This document shows, piece after piece, positions 37,943 through 48,800 of a stretch of DNA of 64,000 nucleotides (positions are counted from its first letter, which is position 1; the number at the start of each line of letters is the position of its first letter). Below the pieces are notes generated by a model that worked only from the letters and a program-made list of their open reading frames with translations, was not told the origin of the DNA and searched no databases. A program made the translations under genes and the position numbers. The stretch is from Rickettsiales bacterium (GTDB taxonomy: Bacteria > Pseudomonadota > Alphaproteobacteria > Rickettsiales > JALZUV01): NCBI GenBank assembly GCA_029252805.1, contig JAQXAR010000025.1:90425-154424 (forward strand), read 5' to 3'.

Positions 37943-39796
37943 TTATTGCGTGTTCATCTGACGTTCTTCGAGCTCTAGCCAGCGCGCTTCACTTTCGCCT
38001 AAATCTTTCTTCATCGCATCAAAATCTGCAATCAATTGTGTGAAGCCTTTAGGATCGCGCTCATAGAGGCCGGTATCATCCAGTTTAATTTGAAGGTTCT
38101 CCATCTCTTGTTGGATGGCTTCTATCGCATCAGGAGTTTTTTGAAGTTCTAACTTCTCGCCGTATGTTAGCGGTTTTTTCATAGGATCGAGTGGTTCGGG
38201 CGTAGAGGTTTTGATCGCCTTCTTCCCAGATTTCTCGCCTTTCTGCTTCGGCTTACGACCTAAAATCTCGCGCACATAGTCGCTATAGCCGCCAAACACG
38301 TTCAGTACTTCTGCATCGCCTTCAAAGGCGAGAATTTCGGTCACGGAGCGGTCGAGGAAGTCACGGTCATGGCTCACGATAATGAGCGTGCCTGGATAGT
38401 CAGCCAGCATGTCTTGCAGCATGTCGAGTGTATCCATATCCAGGTCATTGGTTGGCTCATCGAGGATGAGGAGGTTGCCGGGATTGGCTAGGATTTTAGC
38501 GAGGAGTAAGCGGTTTTGCTGTCCGCCCGAAAGTGTGCCTACCTTATCGCGTGCAATGGCAGGGTCGAACAAGAATTTCTTTAAATAACCGCAAACATGG
38601 ATGCTGGTTTGATCTGCGCCACGGCCAATAAATACGTCCTGCCCGCCATTGGGGCAGAGCGTTTCCCAGAGCGTTTTATTCACGTCGAGGTCGCTACGGT
38701 TCTGGTCAAAATAGGAAATCTCGAGCGTTTTGCTGCGGAAAATATGACCACTATCTTGCTCAAGTTCGCGTGTCAGCATTTTAAGGAAAGTCGATTTCCC
38801 CGAGCCATTTTTACCAAGGATACCCAGCCGATCACCTTTGAGGATCATGTGATTGAAATCATCAAGAATTCTGGTTTTATGACCATCACGTTCAAAGCTT
38901 TTCCCAACATCTTTAAATTCGGCGACTACCTTGGATGCGTTCGGCGTTTCCAGTGCATCCAGCGAGATTTTTTGCGAGCGTTGCCGGTACGCAGCTTTGT
39001 CGCTTCTGAGTTTGTCGCGTAATTTCCCGAGCTCGCGCAGGCGGCGGACGTTACGTTTGCGGCGGCCAGTGACGCCGCCTTGCGTCCAGCCATGTTCGGC
39101 TTGCACCTTCTTTTGTAGATTCTGTAATTCGCGTGCTTCTTGTCCGACTTGCTCTTCTAGCCAATCTTCAAATTTCGCGTAACCGAAGGGACAAACTTTC
39201 AGTTTACCCCGATCGACCCAGAAGACTTTGCGCGAAACATTGGCGAGAAATTGTCTATCGTGACTCACGATAATTAGTGCGCCGTGATAGCCGCCTAAAT
39301 AGCCCTCCAGCCATTCAATCGCTTGTAAATCGAGATGGTTGGTTGGCTCATCGAGCAGTAGAATATCTGGGTCTTGCACGAGTGCTTGCGCGAGTGCGGC
39401 GCGGCGTAACTGCCCGCCGGAAAGGGGGCGCATGAGTGAGCTAGGATCTAACCCGAGTGGTGCGATGACCATATCAGCCAGATAGGCATTTTCTTCATTT
39501 TGCTGGTCTGTGGGGAGGCCGGAGAGGACGAATTCTTTGACGGTATCATCAGGGGAGAATTTCACCTTCTGGGCGAGATATCCGATGCTGGTGCCGGGCA
39601 AGATAAAACGTCTTCCAGAATCGAGTTCTAAATCCTGAGTCATCATGCGCATGAGGGTGGTTTTGCCGACCCCATTTTTGCCGACTAAGCAAATGCGCTC
39701 ACGCTCATTTATGTGCATGGTGAGGCCGTCAAAAAGCGGTTTTCCGCCGAAGCTAAGGACAATATCTTCTAAACTCAGGAGGACGCGGCTACTCAT
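37943..39796 (-). CDS. uup: ABC-F family ATPase (Uup-like), two ABC domains, no TM domain
   Basis: Walker A 'GKNGVGKTT' and 'GKNGSGKST'. Signatures 'LSGGQLRR' and 'LSGGQQNR'. Charged C-terminal coiled-coil tail. Confidence 0.85.
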   Translation of the reverse strand: MSSRVLLSLEDIVLSFGGKPLFDGLTMHINERERICLVGKNGVGKTTLMRMMTQDLELDSGRRFILPGTSIGYLAQKVKFSPDDTVKEFVLSGLPTDQQNEENAYLADMVIAPLGLDPSSLMRPLSGGQLRRAALAQALVQDPDILLLDEPTNHLDLQAIEWLEGYLGGYHGALIIVSHDRQFLANVSRKVFWVDRGKLKVCPFGYAKFEDWLEEQVGQEARELQNLQKKVQAEHGWTQGGVTGRRKRNVRRLRELGKLRDKLRSDKAAYRQRSQKISLDALETPNASKVVAEFKDVGKSFERDGHKTRILDDFNHMILKGDRLGILGKNGSGKSTFLKMLTRELEQDSGHIFRSKTLEISYFDQNRSDLDVNKTLWETLCPNGGQDVFIGRGADQTSIHVCGYLKKFLFDPAIARDKVGTLSGGQQNRLLLAKILANPGNLLILDEPTNDLDMDTLDMLQDMLADYPGTLIIVSHDRDFLDRSVTEILAFEGDAEVLNVFGGYSDYVREILGRKPKQKGEKSGKKAIKTSTPEPLDPMKKPLTYGEKLELQKTPDAIEAIQQEMENLQIKLDDTGLYERDPKGFTQLIADFDAMKKDLGESEARWLELEERQMNTQ

Positions 39797-39837
39797 GCAG
39801 CCGTCATACTATGGAACGGTAGCAGAAAGCAACTTAG

Positions 39838-41598
39838 TTAGAGTGCAACATTCGGCATATTAAGCGCATCAATCCCTGCGAGGGCACGTTTCTCCAATGC
39901 ACAATGATTGGTGAGGATATGGGCGTAATAAAATTTTGCATCGGCTAGCTTGGTCTGGGTGAAAGGGGTGCTTTTCGCTTCGCTTGCTGCTTGTGCGCAA
40001 AGCCCGTGATAATAGCCAAGCGCCACGATTCCCATCAGTTCCAATAGCTCATCCGCACCACTGGCGAAATGATTGTAATCACCTGAAGTGAGAGCTTCGC
40101 TAACACGTTGAACTGCATGCAGAGACTCTTGTAGCTGCGTAGCGATTTCTTTGAGTGAGGTTACATCAATAAAGTGCTGAATTTTAGTGATAAAGACTGG
40201 CAGGTGTTTCATTTGACGTAGTAAGGTAACGGCTTGAATTTGGTTGGTGCCTTCATAGATTCGGGTCACGCGCACATCGCGGTAATGGCGAGCGATGCCG
40301 CTTTCCTCAACGAATCCCATACCTCCGTAAACCTGAATCGCGGCATCGGTTACTTGGCTGCCAATTTCGGTAACATGCGCTTTGACAATATTGGTCATAA
40401 GGCTTACCCAAGCGGCGGCTTCTTCGGATTCTTTGGCAAGATCCATCTGCAAGGCAGTATCAAGCTGGAACATGCGTGCGCCCGAAATTTGGCTGCGCAT
40501 TTTTAGCAGTAATTTGCGTACAGCAGGGTGGGTGATAATTAAATCGGCTTCTTTCTCCGGGCTTATAGGCTCAGGTTGGGCACGTCCCATACGGCGACCT
40601 GCTTGTGCATCACTGGCGAACCAATAGGCCTTCTGGAAAGCCGCTTCTGCACAGCCGATTGCTTGGCGAGCAACATGGTTGCGTGCTTCATTCATTACTG
40701 CGAACATGGTGGCGATACCTTTGCCACGTTCGCCGATTAACTCGCCTTTGGCGGCTTTATATTCCATGGTGCAAGTGGCCGAACCGGCCATACCCATCTT
40801 ATGTTCAATGCCGATAGGGCCGAGGCTATTGGCGGTACGATTGCCATTTTCATCCACGAGAATTTTAGAGCTGATAAACATGCTGACACGGTCATCTATC
40901 TCGCCGGTTTCAGTATCCTTTACCTTGGCGAGTACGACATGGATGATATTACCTGTGTCGCTTACGCCTGTGTAGTGATTATCCCCACCGGAAATGTAAA
41001 TTTTCTGACCTGATAGATGATAAGAGCCATCAGCCTGAGGTTCGGCAAAGGTGCGGGCATTACTCAGATCGCTGCCTGCGCTGGGCTCCGTCATCGCCAT
41101 AATACCAGAGGAAACCCCAGAGCTTAAATCCGGTAGGTATTTCTGTTTTTGTGCTTGAGTTCCATAGGTGTAAATGCCCAAATAGGCGCTATGGGTGAGG
41201 GTGGGGATGAGCGAGAAATCTCCATTAGCACTATGCAAAAGCTCGTCAATCACGGCGCCCACAATATGCGGTTGGCCGACGGCCATTTCACCATAAGCAG
41301 GATCAGCGACAATGCCTTGTAAGCCGGTTTCGATGAAGGTGTCATAGGCTTGCTTATAGCCAGGGGGCAGGGTGACTTCGCCAAAGTTAGTGCCATCAGC
41401 GATCGTGAAATTAGCCGCCAAATGTTTATCATTCGTATCATTATAAAGCGGGGTTAGTTCTTTTTCTGCGAAGCTACTGGCAGTCTCCATCATGAAGCGA
41501 GCGGTTTCTTCTTCGTAGCTCGCCAGCTTTTCCTGCACTTTAAGGACGTGGTGCAAAATAAAAGCATAATCCTCGTAAGGGGGGCGATAAGTAGACAT
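39838..41598 (-). CDS. long-form acyl-CoA dehydrogenase (about 590 aa, extra C-terminal helical domain)
   Basis: ACAD blocks 'MTEPSAGSDL', 'KIYISGGD' and 'RVTRIYEGTNQIQ'. The length and N-terminus 'YRPPYEDYAFILHHV' match the long FadE/DmdC-like class. Confidence 0.8.
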   Translation of the reverse strand: MSTYRPPYEDYAFILHHVLKVQEKLASYEEETARFMMETASSFAEKELTPLYNDTNDKHLAANFTIADGTNFGEVTLPPGYKQAYDTFIETGLQGIVADPAYGEMAVGQPHIVGAVIDELLHSANGDFSLIPTLTHSAYLGIYTYGTQAQKQKYLPDLSSGVSSGIMAMTEPSAGSDLSNARTFAEPQADGSYHLSGQKIYISGGDNHYTGVSDTGNIIHVVLAKVKDTETGEIDDRVSMFISSKILVDENGNRTANSLGPIGIEHKMGMAGSATCTMEYKAAKGELIGERGKGIATMFAVMNEARNHVARQAIGCAEAAFQKAYWFASDAQAGRRMGRAQPEPISPEKEADLIITHPAVRKLLLKMRSQISGARMFQLDTALQMDLAKESEEAAAWVSLMTNIVKAHVTEIGSQVTDAAIQVYGGMGFVEESGIARHYRDVRVTRIYEGTNQIQAVTLLRQMKHLPVFITKIQHFIDVTSLKEIATQLQESLHAVQRVSEALTSGDYNHFASGADELLELMGIVALGYYHGLCAQAASEAKSTPFTQTKLADAKFYYAHILTNHCALEKRALAGIDALNMPNVAL

Positions 41599-41661
41599 AA
41601 GGAAGCTCCTAGAGGTTTGTATTTCCTCTTATAAGTAGCAGAGATTTGGAAAGACTTAAAC

Positions 41662-42372
41662 TTAGTGTGCGTTTACAGCGCTTAGCACAACCCAGACTGT
41701 TTTAAACAGTGTTGCAATCTCTTTCTTCATAGACCAGCGATCGATATAGTCATTATCGAAATTGGTGCGTCTAGCAATTTGCTCGTGAGATTCGATGAAG
41801 CCACGGCAGTTGTTCACTTGCGCCCAACCGGTTAGACCTGGTTTTACACGAAAGCGCTTCGGATAGTTAGGAACCGAATTAAGGAAAAGTTTATCATGGT
41901 AGCGTGCATGTGGGCGAGGGCCGACTAGCGACATTTCACCTTTAGCAATATTAATTAATTGAGGTAGCTCATCCAAGCTAGCGCGGCGTAAGAAACGGCC
42001 AACACGAGTATGACGAGAGTCATTCTCTTGACTCTGGCTTGCCTCACGCTCTTGACCAGCATCTTGAGTCATTGTGCGAAATTTATAAATCTCGAACGTT
42101 TCTCCATCAAGGCCGGTACGTGTTTGTTTAAAGAAGATATCGCCCTCACTATCGAGTTTCACGGCAATGGCAATCGCGGCAAAAACAGGAATAATAAAGG
42201 GAGTGGAAGCAACGACAGCAGCTGTATCAATAAATGATTTAGTGAAGCGCATTGTCAAACTAGGGGGGCGCTTTGCTGTTTCGACTGCACGTTTTAGGTC
42301 GCTCCATGAAAAAGCGCCTAAGGCGAGTGATTCAAGGTATGAGGTTTTTTCTAATACTTGTCCGTTTGCCAT
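41662..42372 (-). CDS. undecaprenyl-phosphate sugar-phosphate transferase (bacterial sugar transferase family, small PglC/WbaP-C-like)
   Basis: 'FKQTRTG..G..F.IYKFRTM' and 'SLDELPQLINIAKGEMSLVGPRP' are the hallmark blocks. One N-terminal TM segment. Confidence 0.88.
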   Translation of the reverse strand: MANGQVLEKTSYLESLALGAFSWSDLKRAVETAKRPPSLTMRFTKSFIDTAAVVASTPFIIPVFAAIAIAVKLDSEGDIFFKQTRTGLDGETFEIYKFRTMTQDAGQEREASQSQENDSRHTRVGRFLRRASLDELPQLINIAKGEMSLVGPRPHARYHDKLFLNSVPNYPKRFRVKPGLTGWAQVNNCRGFIESHEQIARRTNFDNDYIDRWSMKKEIATLFKTVWVVLSAVNAH

Positions 42373-42531
42373 TTTCTGTCTCGAATCTAAGTTGCTCTGT
42401 TATCGTATAATCTGATTATGGAGCAGAAAGGTTAATCTTTTATGATCATTCTTTGGCATTTTAGGTAAATTGTTGGCTCTATTTGCGCATGAGAGTTTAA
42501 ATAAGGGTAACCTTAGCGCTAACCGTTAAGC

Positions 42532-43791
42532 TTATTTCTTCCAAACACCTGAGAAATCTAATAAAATCTTATCTTTCATTGCATCTTTGCTGATGTAGTC
42601 AAAGCTACGATGACTCACTAATGTCACAATAATATCTGCTTCATTGACGGCTGAAAGGGCATCGGTCAGTTTTACATTAGGGTATTTTGTTAAGGAGTCA
42701 GGTAGGGATTGAATATGCGGTTCTGAAACATAGAGCGTTTTGCTATATTCTTTGACCAAATCATGCACAATTTCAATGGCAGGGCTCTCGCGCAGATCAT
42801 CGACATTCGGTTTATAGGCAAGACCTAGGCATGCGATTTTTGCATTGGGGTGCTCTTTAAGGTGATCCAGCACAATACGAGCGGTTTGGTGCGGACGCTC
42901 ATCGTTAATGCGTCGAGCTGTTTGGATGAGGGGAGTCACATCCGGTGCACGGTCAACAATAAACCATGGATCAATCGGAATGCAATGTCCGCCGACACCA
43001 GGGCCCGGGTTGAGGATATTCACACGCGGATGCAAATTCGCAAATTGGACGACTTGATGCACATCAATATCATGATGCTGACACACATTGGAAAGTTCAT
43101 TGGCGAAGGCGATATTCACATCGCGGTAAGCATTCTCAGAAAGCTTCACCAGCTCTGCGGTATCGTGACTACCAATATGGCAGTCGCCGCGAACAAAGAC
43201 ATGATAGAATCGTTTGGCGAGTTCGGCGCATTTCGCGGTCATGCCGCCAATAATGCGATCGTTATTCATGAGTTCCGTAATGATTTGTCCGGGCAACACT
43301 CGCTCTGGACAATAAGCGATGCGGATATCACTTTCTTCGCCATGCGTGTGCGGGAAGGTGAGGTCGGAGCGTTTGGCGGCTAAAAGCTCCGCCGCATCTT
43401 GCGTTGTGCCAACAGGGGAGGTGGATTCGATAATGACGAGGTTCCCCGGTTGAAGCTGCTCGGCGATTTCCCCTAACGCAGAATCGACATAACTCATATC
43501 CGGTGATTTATCTTCCTTAATCGGAGTCGGTACGGTGATGATGAAAATATCCGCCGGCTTGGCGTTTGCGTAAGCCTTCAATTTGCCATCATTAATAACT
43601 TTTGTAACGAGCCCTTCCAGATCAGGTTCGACAATATGAATTTTGCCTTGATTGATGGTTTCGACCACATGCGGCACTTTATCAACGCCGATAACATCCA
43701 GCCCACGGCTGGCGATTAATGTTGCAGTGGGTAGGCCGATATAGCCTAAGCCCATTACACAAATAGTACTAAATGGATGCTCTGACATCAC
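42532..43791 (-). CDS. wecC: UDP-N-acetyl-D-mannosamine dehydrogenase (nucleotide-sugar dehydrogenase)
   Basis: 'ICVMGLGYIGLPTA' NAD fingerprint and catalytic-Cys region 'GPGVGGHCIPIDP'. Adjacent to wecB. Confidence 0.85.
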   Translation of the reverse strand: MMSEHPFSTICVMGLGYIGLPTATLIASRGLDVIGVDKVPHVVETINQGKIHIVEPDLEGLVTKVINDGKLKAYANAKPADIFIITVPTPIKEDKSPDMSYVDSALGEIAEQLQPGNLVIIESTSPVGTTQDAAELLAAKRSDLTFPHTHGEESDIRIAYCPERVLPGQIITELMNNDRIIGGMTAKCAELAKRFYHVFVRGDCHIGSHDTAELVKLSENAYRDVNIAFANELSNVCQHHDIDVHQVVQFANLHPRVNILNPGPGVGGHCIPIDPWFIVDRAPDVTPLIQTARRINDERPHQTARIVLDHLKEHPNAKIACLGLAYKPNVDDLRESPAIEIVHDLVKEYSKTLYVSEPHIQSLPDSLTKYPNVKLTDALSAVNEADIIVTLVSHRSFDYISKDAMKDKILLDFSGVWKK

Positions 43792-44938
43792 TCACTCCTG
43801 TAGTTGAAACGCCGTGGCGCTCTAAAATATGTTCGACAATGCGGGTGGCAGCGTGGCCATCGCCATATAGATTTTCACCTTGCTGCATCGCACGGTAAGA
43901 GGTTTCGCTATCTAATAGTTCAGTCGCCGCGTGGAGGATTTTGGTACTGTCTGTTCCGACGAGTTTGCAAGCGCCTGCGGTGACGCCTTCAGGGCGTTCC
44001 GTTAGTTCACGTAAAACCAACACAGGTTTCTTCAGTGAAGGGCCTTCTTCCTGTACGCCACCGGAATCAGAAATAATAAAATAAGCGCGGTTCATGAGGT
44101 AAATGAAATTAAGATAATCGAGTGGATCGCCTAGGTGAATAGAAGGGTGGTCCGCCAATAATTCTTGCACAGGGCCACGGATATTCGGATTCAAATGCAC
44201 AGGAAAATAGATTTCCGCATCTTCACGATTGGCAATTTCAATGAGTGAATTGCAGACGACTTCCACGCCGAGGTCAAAATTTTCACGACGATGCATGGTG
44301 GTAAGGATGAGTTTCTTACGCTTATCGAGCATAGAGAACTTCTGTTCCATCTCAGCGCGCATTGAGGCATTGGAGTCCAATAAGTTAGAGAAATAATGCA
44401 GTGCGTCGACCACGGTATTACCGGTCATGTAGATATCTTCAGGTACCACCTTCTCATCACGCAAATAGCCAGCTGATTGCTCGGTCGGGGCGAAATGCAT
44501 ATCTGCCAAAAGTGAAATGGCCTTGCGGTTAAATTCTTCTGGGTAAGGCGCGTAGATATTGTGACTGCGTAAGCCTGCTTCAATATGACCAACACGAATG
44601 CCACTATAAAAACAAGCAAGGGTCGTCGCAAAGCCGGTGGTCGTATCGCCCTGTACTAGCACACGGTCGGGTTTGTGTTTTTTCAGCGCTGGTTCGATTT
44701 CTTTCAAAACGGTGGCAGTTAGGCTGCTTAAGGTTTGATTGGGGCGCATGACGTCGAGGTTAAAGTCAGGCTTTAATTCGCAAAGATTCAGCATTTGAGT
44801 CAGCATTTCGCGATGCTGTCCGGTCACGCCGATAATAGATTCCACACCGGGGTTCGCGCGTAGTGCATTAAGCACGGGGGCAAATTTAATTACCTCAGGG
44901 CGGGTGCCAAACACAGATAAGATGCGTAAATTTGTCAT
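43769..44938 (-). CDS. wecB: UDP-N-acetylglucosamine 2-epimerase (non-hydrolysing)
   Basis: 'ILSVFGTRPEVIKFAPV', 'HIEAGLRS', 'SDSGGVQEEGPSL'. ATG at 44938 is preferred over the upstream TTG at 44959. Confidence 0.9.
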   Translation of the reverse strand: MTNLRILSVFGTRPEVIKFAPVLNALRANPGVESIIGVTGQHREMLTQMLNLCELKPDFNLDVMRPNQTLSSLTATVLKEIEPALKKHKPDRVLVQGDTTTGFATTLACFYSGIRVGHIEAGLRSHNIYAPYPEEFNRKAISLLADMHFAPTEQSAGYLRDEKVVPEDIYMTGNTVVDALHYFSNLLDSNASMRAEMEQKFSMLDKRKKLILTTMHRRENFDLGVEVVCNSLIEIANREDAEIYFPVHLNPNIRGPVQELLADHPSIHLGDPLDYLNFIYLMNRAYFIISDSGGVQEEGPSLKKPVLVLRELTERPEGVTAGACKLVGTDSTKILHAATELLDSETSYRAMQQGENLYGDGHAATRIVEHILERHGVSTTGVSDVRASI

Positions 44939-44960
44939 ATTCTCAATTAATAGCTGCAAA

Positions 44961-44988
44961 TAGTAAACAAGCTGCTAACAGTTTACTA
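44961..44988. promoter_or_regulatory. 8-bp perfect inverted repeat TAGTAAAC-N12-GTTTACTA in the wecB / GT26 divergent region
   Basis: Read directly. The 3' arm ends 2 nt before the GT26 ATG (44991). The flanking direct repeat AGCTGC occurs twice. Confidence 0.3.
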
Positions 44989-44990
44989 CC

Positions 44991-45815
44991 ATGAGTAGTC
45001 TTACCCCCTTTCTTATCCCCTCTGAGGTTAAATCTAAGCGAATTTCTTTTCTTGGGTGCTCTTTAGACCCACTTTCGATGGAAGAAACTCTCGCCCTAAT
45101 TGGTCAGGCGATTACGAAGCGGCAGTCATTGCAGCATGTAGTCGTCAATGTCGCTAAATTGGTGCATTGCCAGAAGGATGAAGCGCTTTACCACGATGTA
45201 TCCGGCAGTGACCTAATTAATATTGATGGGATGGGCGTCGTCTGGGGTGCGCGTATGGCGGGCTTTGATATTCCAGAGCGCGTCGCTGGTGTTGATCTGA
45301 TGGATAACACACTCAAATTTTGCGCTGAAAAAGGCTATCGACCCTATATTCTAGGTGCTAAGCCCGAGATACTTGAACAAGCAGTCGAAAATTTAACCGC
45401 CAAATACCCAGTACTCGAATTTGCCGGTACTCAGCATGGCTATTATGACCGTGAGAATGAACAGCAGGTGATGGAAGCGATACGTGATTCCAAGCCTGAT
45501 TGCCTCTTCATCGCCATTTCGTCTCCGCATAAAGAACGCATTATGGGGGCTTATAAGGAAATGATGGATATCCCATTCATCATGGGTGTTGGCGGTTCGG
45601 TGGATGTGTTTGCTGGTTTTGTCACGCGCGCCCCCCAGTGGATGCAAAAAAGAGGATTGGAATGGTTGTACCGCATCATCCAAGAACCGCGTCGTATGTG
45701 GAAGCGCTATGCGGTGACAAATAGCCGCTTTATATGGCTGTTGCTTAAATTACTTACAAAAATGTATCGCCCGCCAAGCTACATGAGCCAGGCGGGCGAG
45801 AGTTTAAAGCATTAG
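44991..45815 (+). CDS. WecG/TagA/CpsF family (GT26) glycosyltransferase
   Basis: 'INIDGMGVVWGAR', 'KPDCLFIAISSPHKE', 'GVGGSVDVFAG...RAPQWMQKRGLEWLYRIIQEPRR' are typical GT26 blocks. Confidence 0.85.
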   Translation: MSSLTPFLIPSEVKSKRISFLGCSLDPLSMEETLALIGQAITKRQSLQHVVVNVAKLVHCQKDEALYHDVSGSDLINIDGMGVVWGARMAGFDIPERVAGVDLMDNTLKFCAEKGYRPYILGAKPEILEQAVENLTAKYPVLEFAGTQHGYYDRENEQQVMEAIRDSKPDCLFIAISSPHKERIMGAYKEMMDIPFIMGVGGSVDVFAGFVTRAPQWMQKRGLEWLYRIIQEPRRMWKRYAVTNSRFIWLLLKLLTKMYRPPSYMSQAGESLKH

Positions 45816-45824
45816 TGTTATTTG

Positions 45825-48800
45825 TTAGAAGATAGAGATATCTAAAGCATCGAGCCCTGTGAAGTTATCGAGGGTGATGGTTCCTTCGCCCGCGATGGTG
45901 ATTATGGTATCGCTACCTACCACCGCTGCAGCACTTAGGACGTCGGCTGCGATGCTGATGCCAGATACGGTAGAGAAGGCCAGAGTGTTATTGCCGTTTG
46001 AGAAATCGATCACTGTGTCATTATCAAATCCGTTACCGAACTGGAATACATCATTGCCGGCACTGCCGGTTAGGGTGTCATCGCCACCGCCACCGATAAG
46101 CGTATCTGCGTTGCCGCCACCGGTTAGGATATCGTTATTGCCGACACCTGTCTCTAGGTGAACGAGGCCGTTGCCAAATACGCCGCCTGATACGAGAAGG
46201 TCGCCTGTACCATCGCCATCCCAATCCGCCACTTCGAGAACATCTGCTTCGCTATAACTGATACGCTCAAAAGAACCGTCAGGGTTATATTGGATGATGC
46301 CGGGAATTGCAGTGCCGTTGCTGAAGCTACCGCCACTGCTGAAGACTTCTTCCGAGCCATCGCCTGTTACATCACCATGACCGAAAATATTGAGGTCATT
46401 ATAAGTAAAGCGTGTGCCTTGGTTTGCGCCTTGGAATACGACGGGGCCAGCGGCGACTGCGCCACTTGCATAAACAGAATCTTGCATGAGGACTTCTAGG
46501 CCACCATCAAGATCAAAGTTACCCACAGTAAAGCCAGAATCACCTGAGAATGTGTGGCGTAAGTGGGTGCCATCAATTTCATAATAAGTGAGACCTTTAA
46601 TCTCGATACCATTTTGGTATGTGCCATCATTCGAGAGGAATTCAACCGCGCCATCGCCATCAATATCAGCGACTTGGAAATTTTCTCCAAGATCATTGTA
46701 AGTGATACGATTACTTGCACCAGTGGAGCCATCATACCAAAGCGCGCCTACGAGCGGCGAACCATTACCATACGTGCCTTGATTACCCACGACATCTAAG
46801 ATGCCATCATTATTCACATGCGCGACTTCAAAATCACCCACACCATTAAAGGTAATACGGTTAAACTCGCTTGGGTTTGCGCCATTATACCAGCCAGCGC
46901 CCCCGTAAAGGTCCGTGACGATATCAAGGGTGCCATCGCCGTTTACATCAGCAATTTTATGGTTGCCAAGATCGAATGAAGTGACGCGGTTCACGCTCAT
47001 ATCTGTGCCGTTTAGCCATACAAGGCCATCACCGTAAGAGCCATTCTGCGTGAGGATATCTAATGTGCCATCGCCGTTAAAATCAGCGACCTCAAAGTCA
47101 CCAAGGTTAATTGAAGTGATACGGTCTGCGACCGCAATGTCACCCACGGTACCCTCAATCACAAGACCTGAAACACTTGGGTCACTACCCGCTTGAACAC
47201 CAATAAAGTGGTCGATAGTGAAATCATTTGCGGTGGTGTTTAAGAAGGTAAGCGTTTGGCCATTACCAAAATCTAACACGGAGTGAGCACCGACTTGATT
47301 CAGGTTTAGATCTTCAAAATAAAGGCTTCCACCCCATGCGCTCAAATCCACTTGGCTTGTGCTAACGCTCGTATCAAAACCATTGATCGTATCTGCATCT
47401 GCACCATTGCTGTCGATCACAAAAGTGTCAGAGCCACTAGCACCGGTCATGGTATCGTTACCTGCACCACCGGTTAGGATATCATCACCCGCGCCGCCGT
47501 TTAGAGCATCGTTACCGTCACCACCGTTAAGGGTATCGTTACCGGTATTACCGTCCAATGTATCGTTTCCGCCTAAGCCATTGACAACATCGTTACCGCC
47601 TAGGGCATCAATCGTATCGGCTCCAGAAGTACCATCAAGCGTATCCGCATTTGGCGTTGGGCCAGCAACTGGGTTAGTTCCTGCATTCATATTGACGAAA
47701 TTAGCTGCGCTAAAGTCCACGAGATTCACATTATAGAAAGTCAGTGTCTGGCTATTCGGTAGGGTGACGACTACATGCGCGCCGACTTGACTGACGATAT
47801 CGTCAAAATACAGGTCACTAAAAGCGCTTAAGTCAACGGTATCAGGCGTGCTTGCTGGATCGAAAGATAGGATCACATCCGCATCGCCAGCATTGGCATC
47901 AATCACGAACGTATCCGTACCGTTGCCACCTAGCATCGTATCGTTACCTGCGTTACCGTTAATGGTATCATTACCGCCACCGGCATTAATGTTATCGTCG
48001 CCGGTTCCGCCCGAAATAACGTCCGTGCTACCATTTGCAATGATGATATCATTGCCTGCGCCACCATCGATCGTATCTGCGCCGCTGCCGCCAAGGATGC
48101 TATCGATGCCATCGCCACCAATGAGGCTATCATTACCTGCGCCGCCATTAAGCGTATCTGCGCCATCGCCGCCATCAAGCGTATCATTGCCGTCACCACC
48201 GATGAAGCTGTCTAATCCAGCTAGGCCGGTCACGCTATCGTTACCGCCGAGCGCGTCAATCACATCATCGTCCGTGGTGCCAACTAAGGTATCGGCAAAT
48301 TCGGTCGGGCCGGTTACACCATCAAAGATGAAATGTCCCGCATTCATGCCGGTAATGCCTTGGACAATAATTTGGAAGCTAGAGCTGTTATGCGAGATGG
48401 TGCTATCGGTACCATCATCGGTAATTGTAATTTTATCACTGCCAGCGCCAATGCCGGTGATGCCGAGTGCGGCAAGGCTAATCCCTTCGCCGCTGACGAA
48501 ATCGGTTAGCACATCCGATGCGCTGCTGGTTGAATCGGTTGTGGTCGTATAAACATAAACGTCAGTACCAGCGCCACCGGTAATTGTATCTGCACCAGCG
48601 CCACCATAAATATAGTCATTACCATTTTGACCATCAAGGATGTCATCGCCATTATCACCGTAAACGATATCAGAGCCGCCACCGCCGCGTATTGAGTCGT
48701 TTCCTTCGCCACCGTAAATAGTGTCGACACCGCCACCACCAAGGAGGGTATCATTGCCTAAGCCACCTTCAAGATAGTCATTGCCACCTTGGGCATTCAC

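Noticed and set aside
47359-48552. Long + strand ORFs (125 and 234 aa, Pro/Ser/Val/Leu-rich) opposite the RTX gene. Similar ORFs occur at 45859-46161.
   Set aside because: They are antisense artefacts of GGxGxD-coding repeats (GGT/GAT-rich DNA has no stops on the complement). The sequence is low-complexity and has no independent start context.
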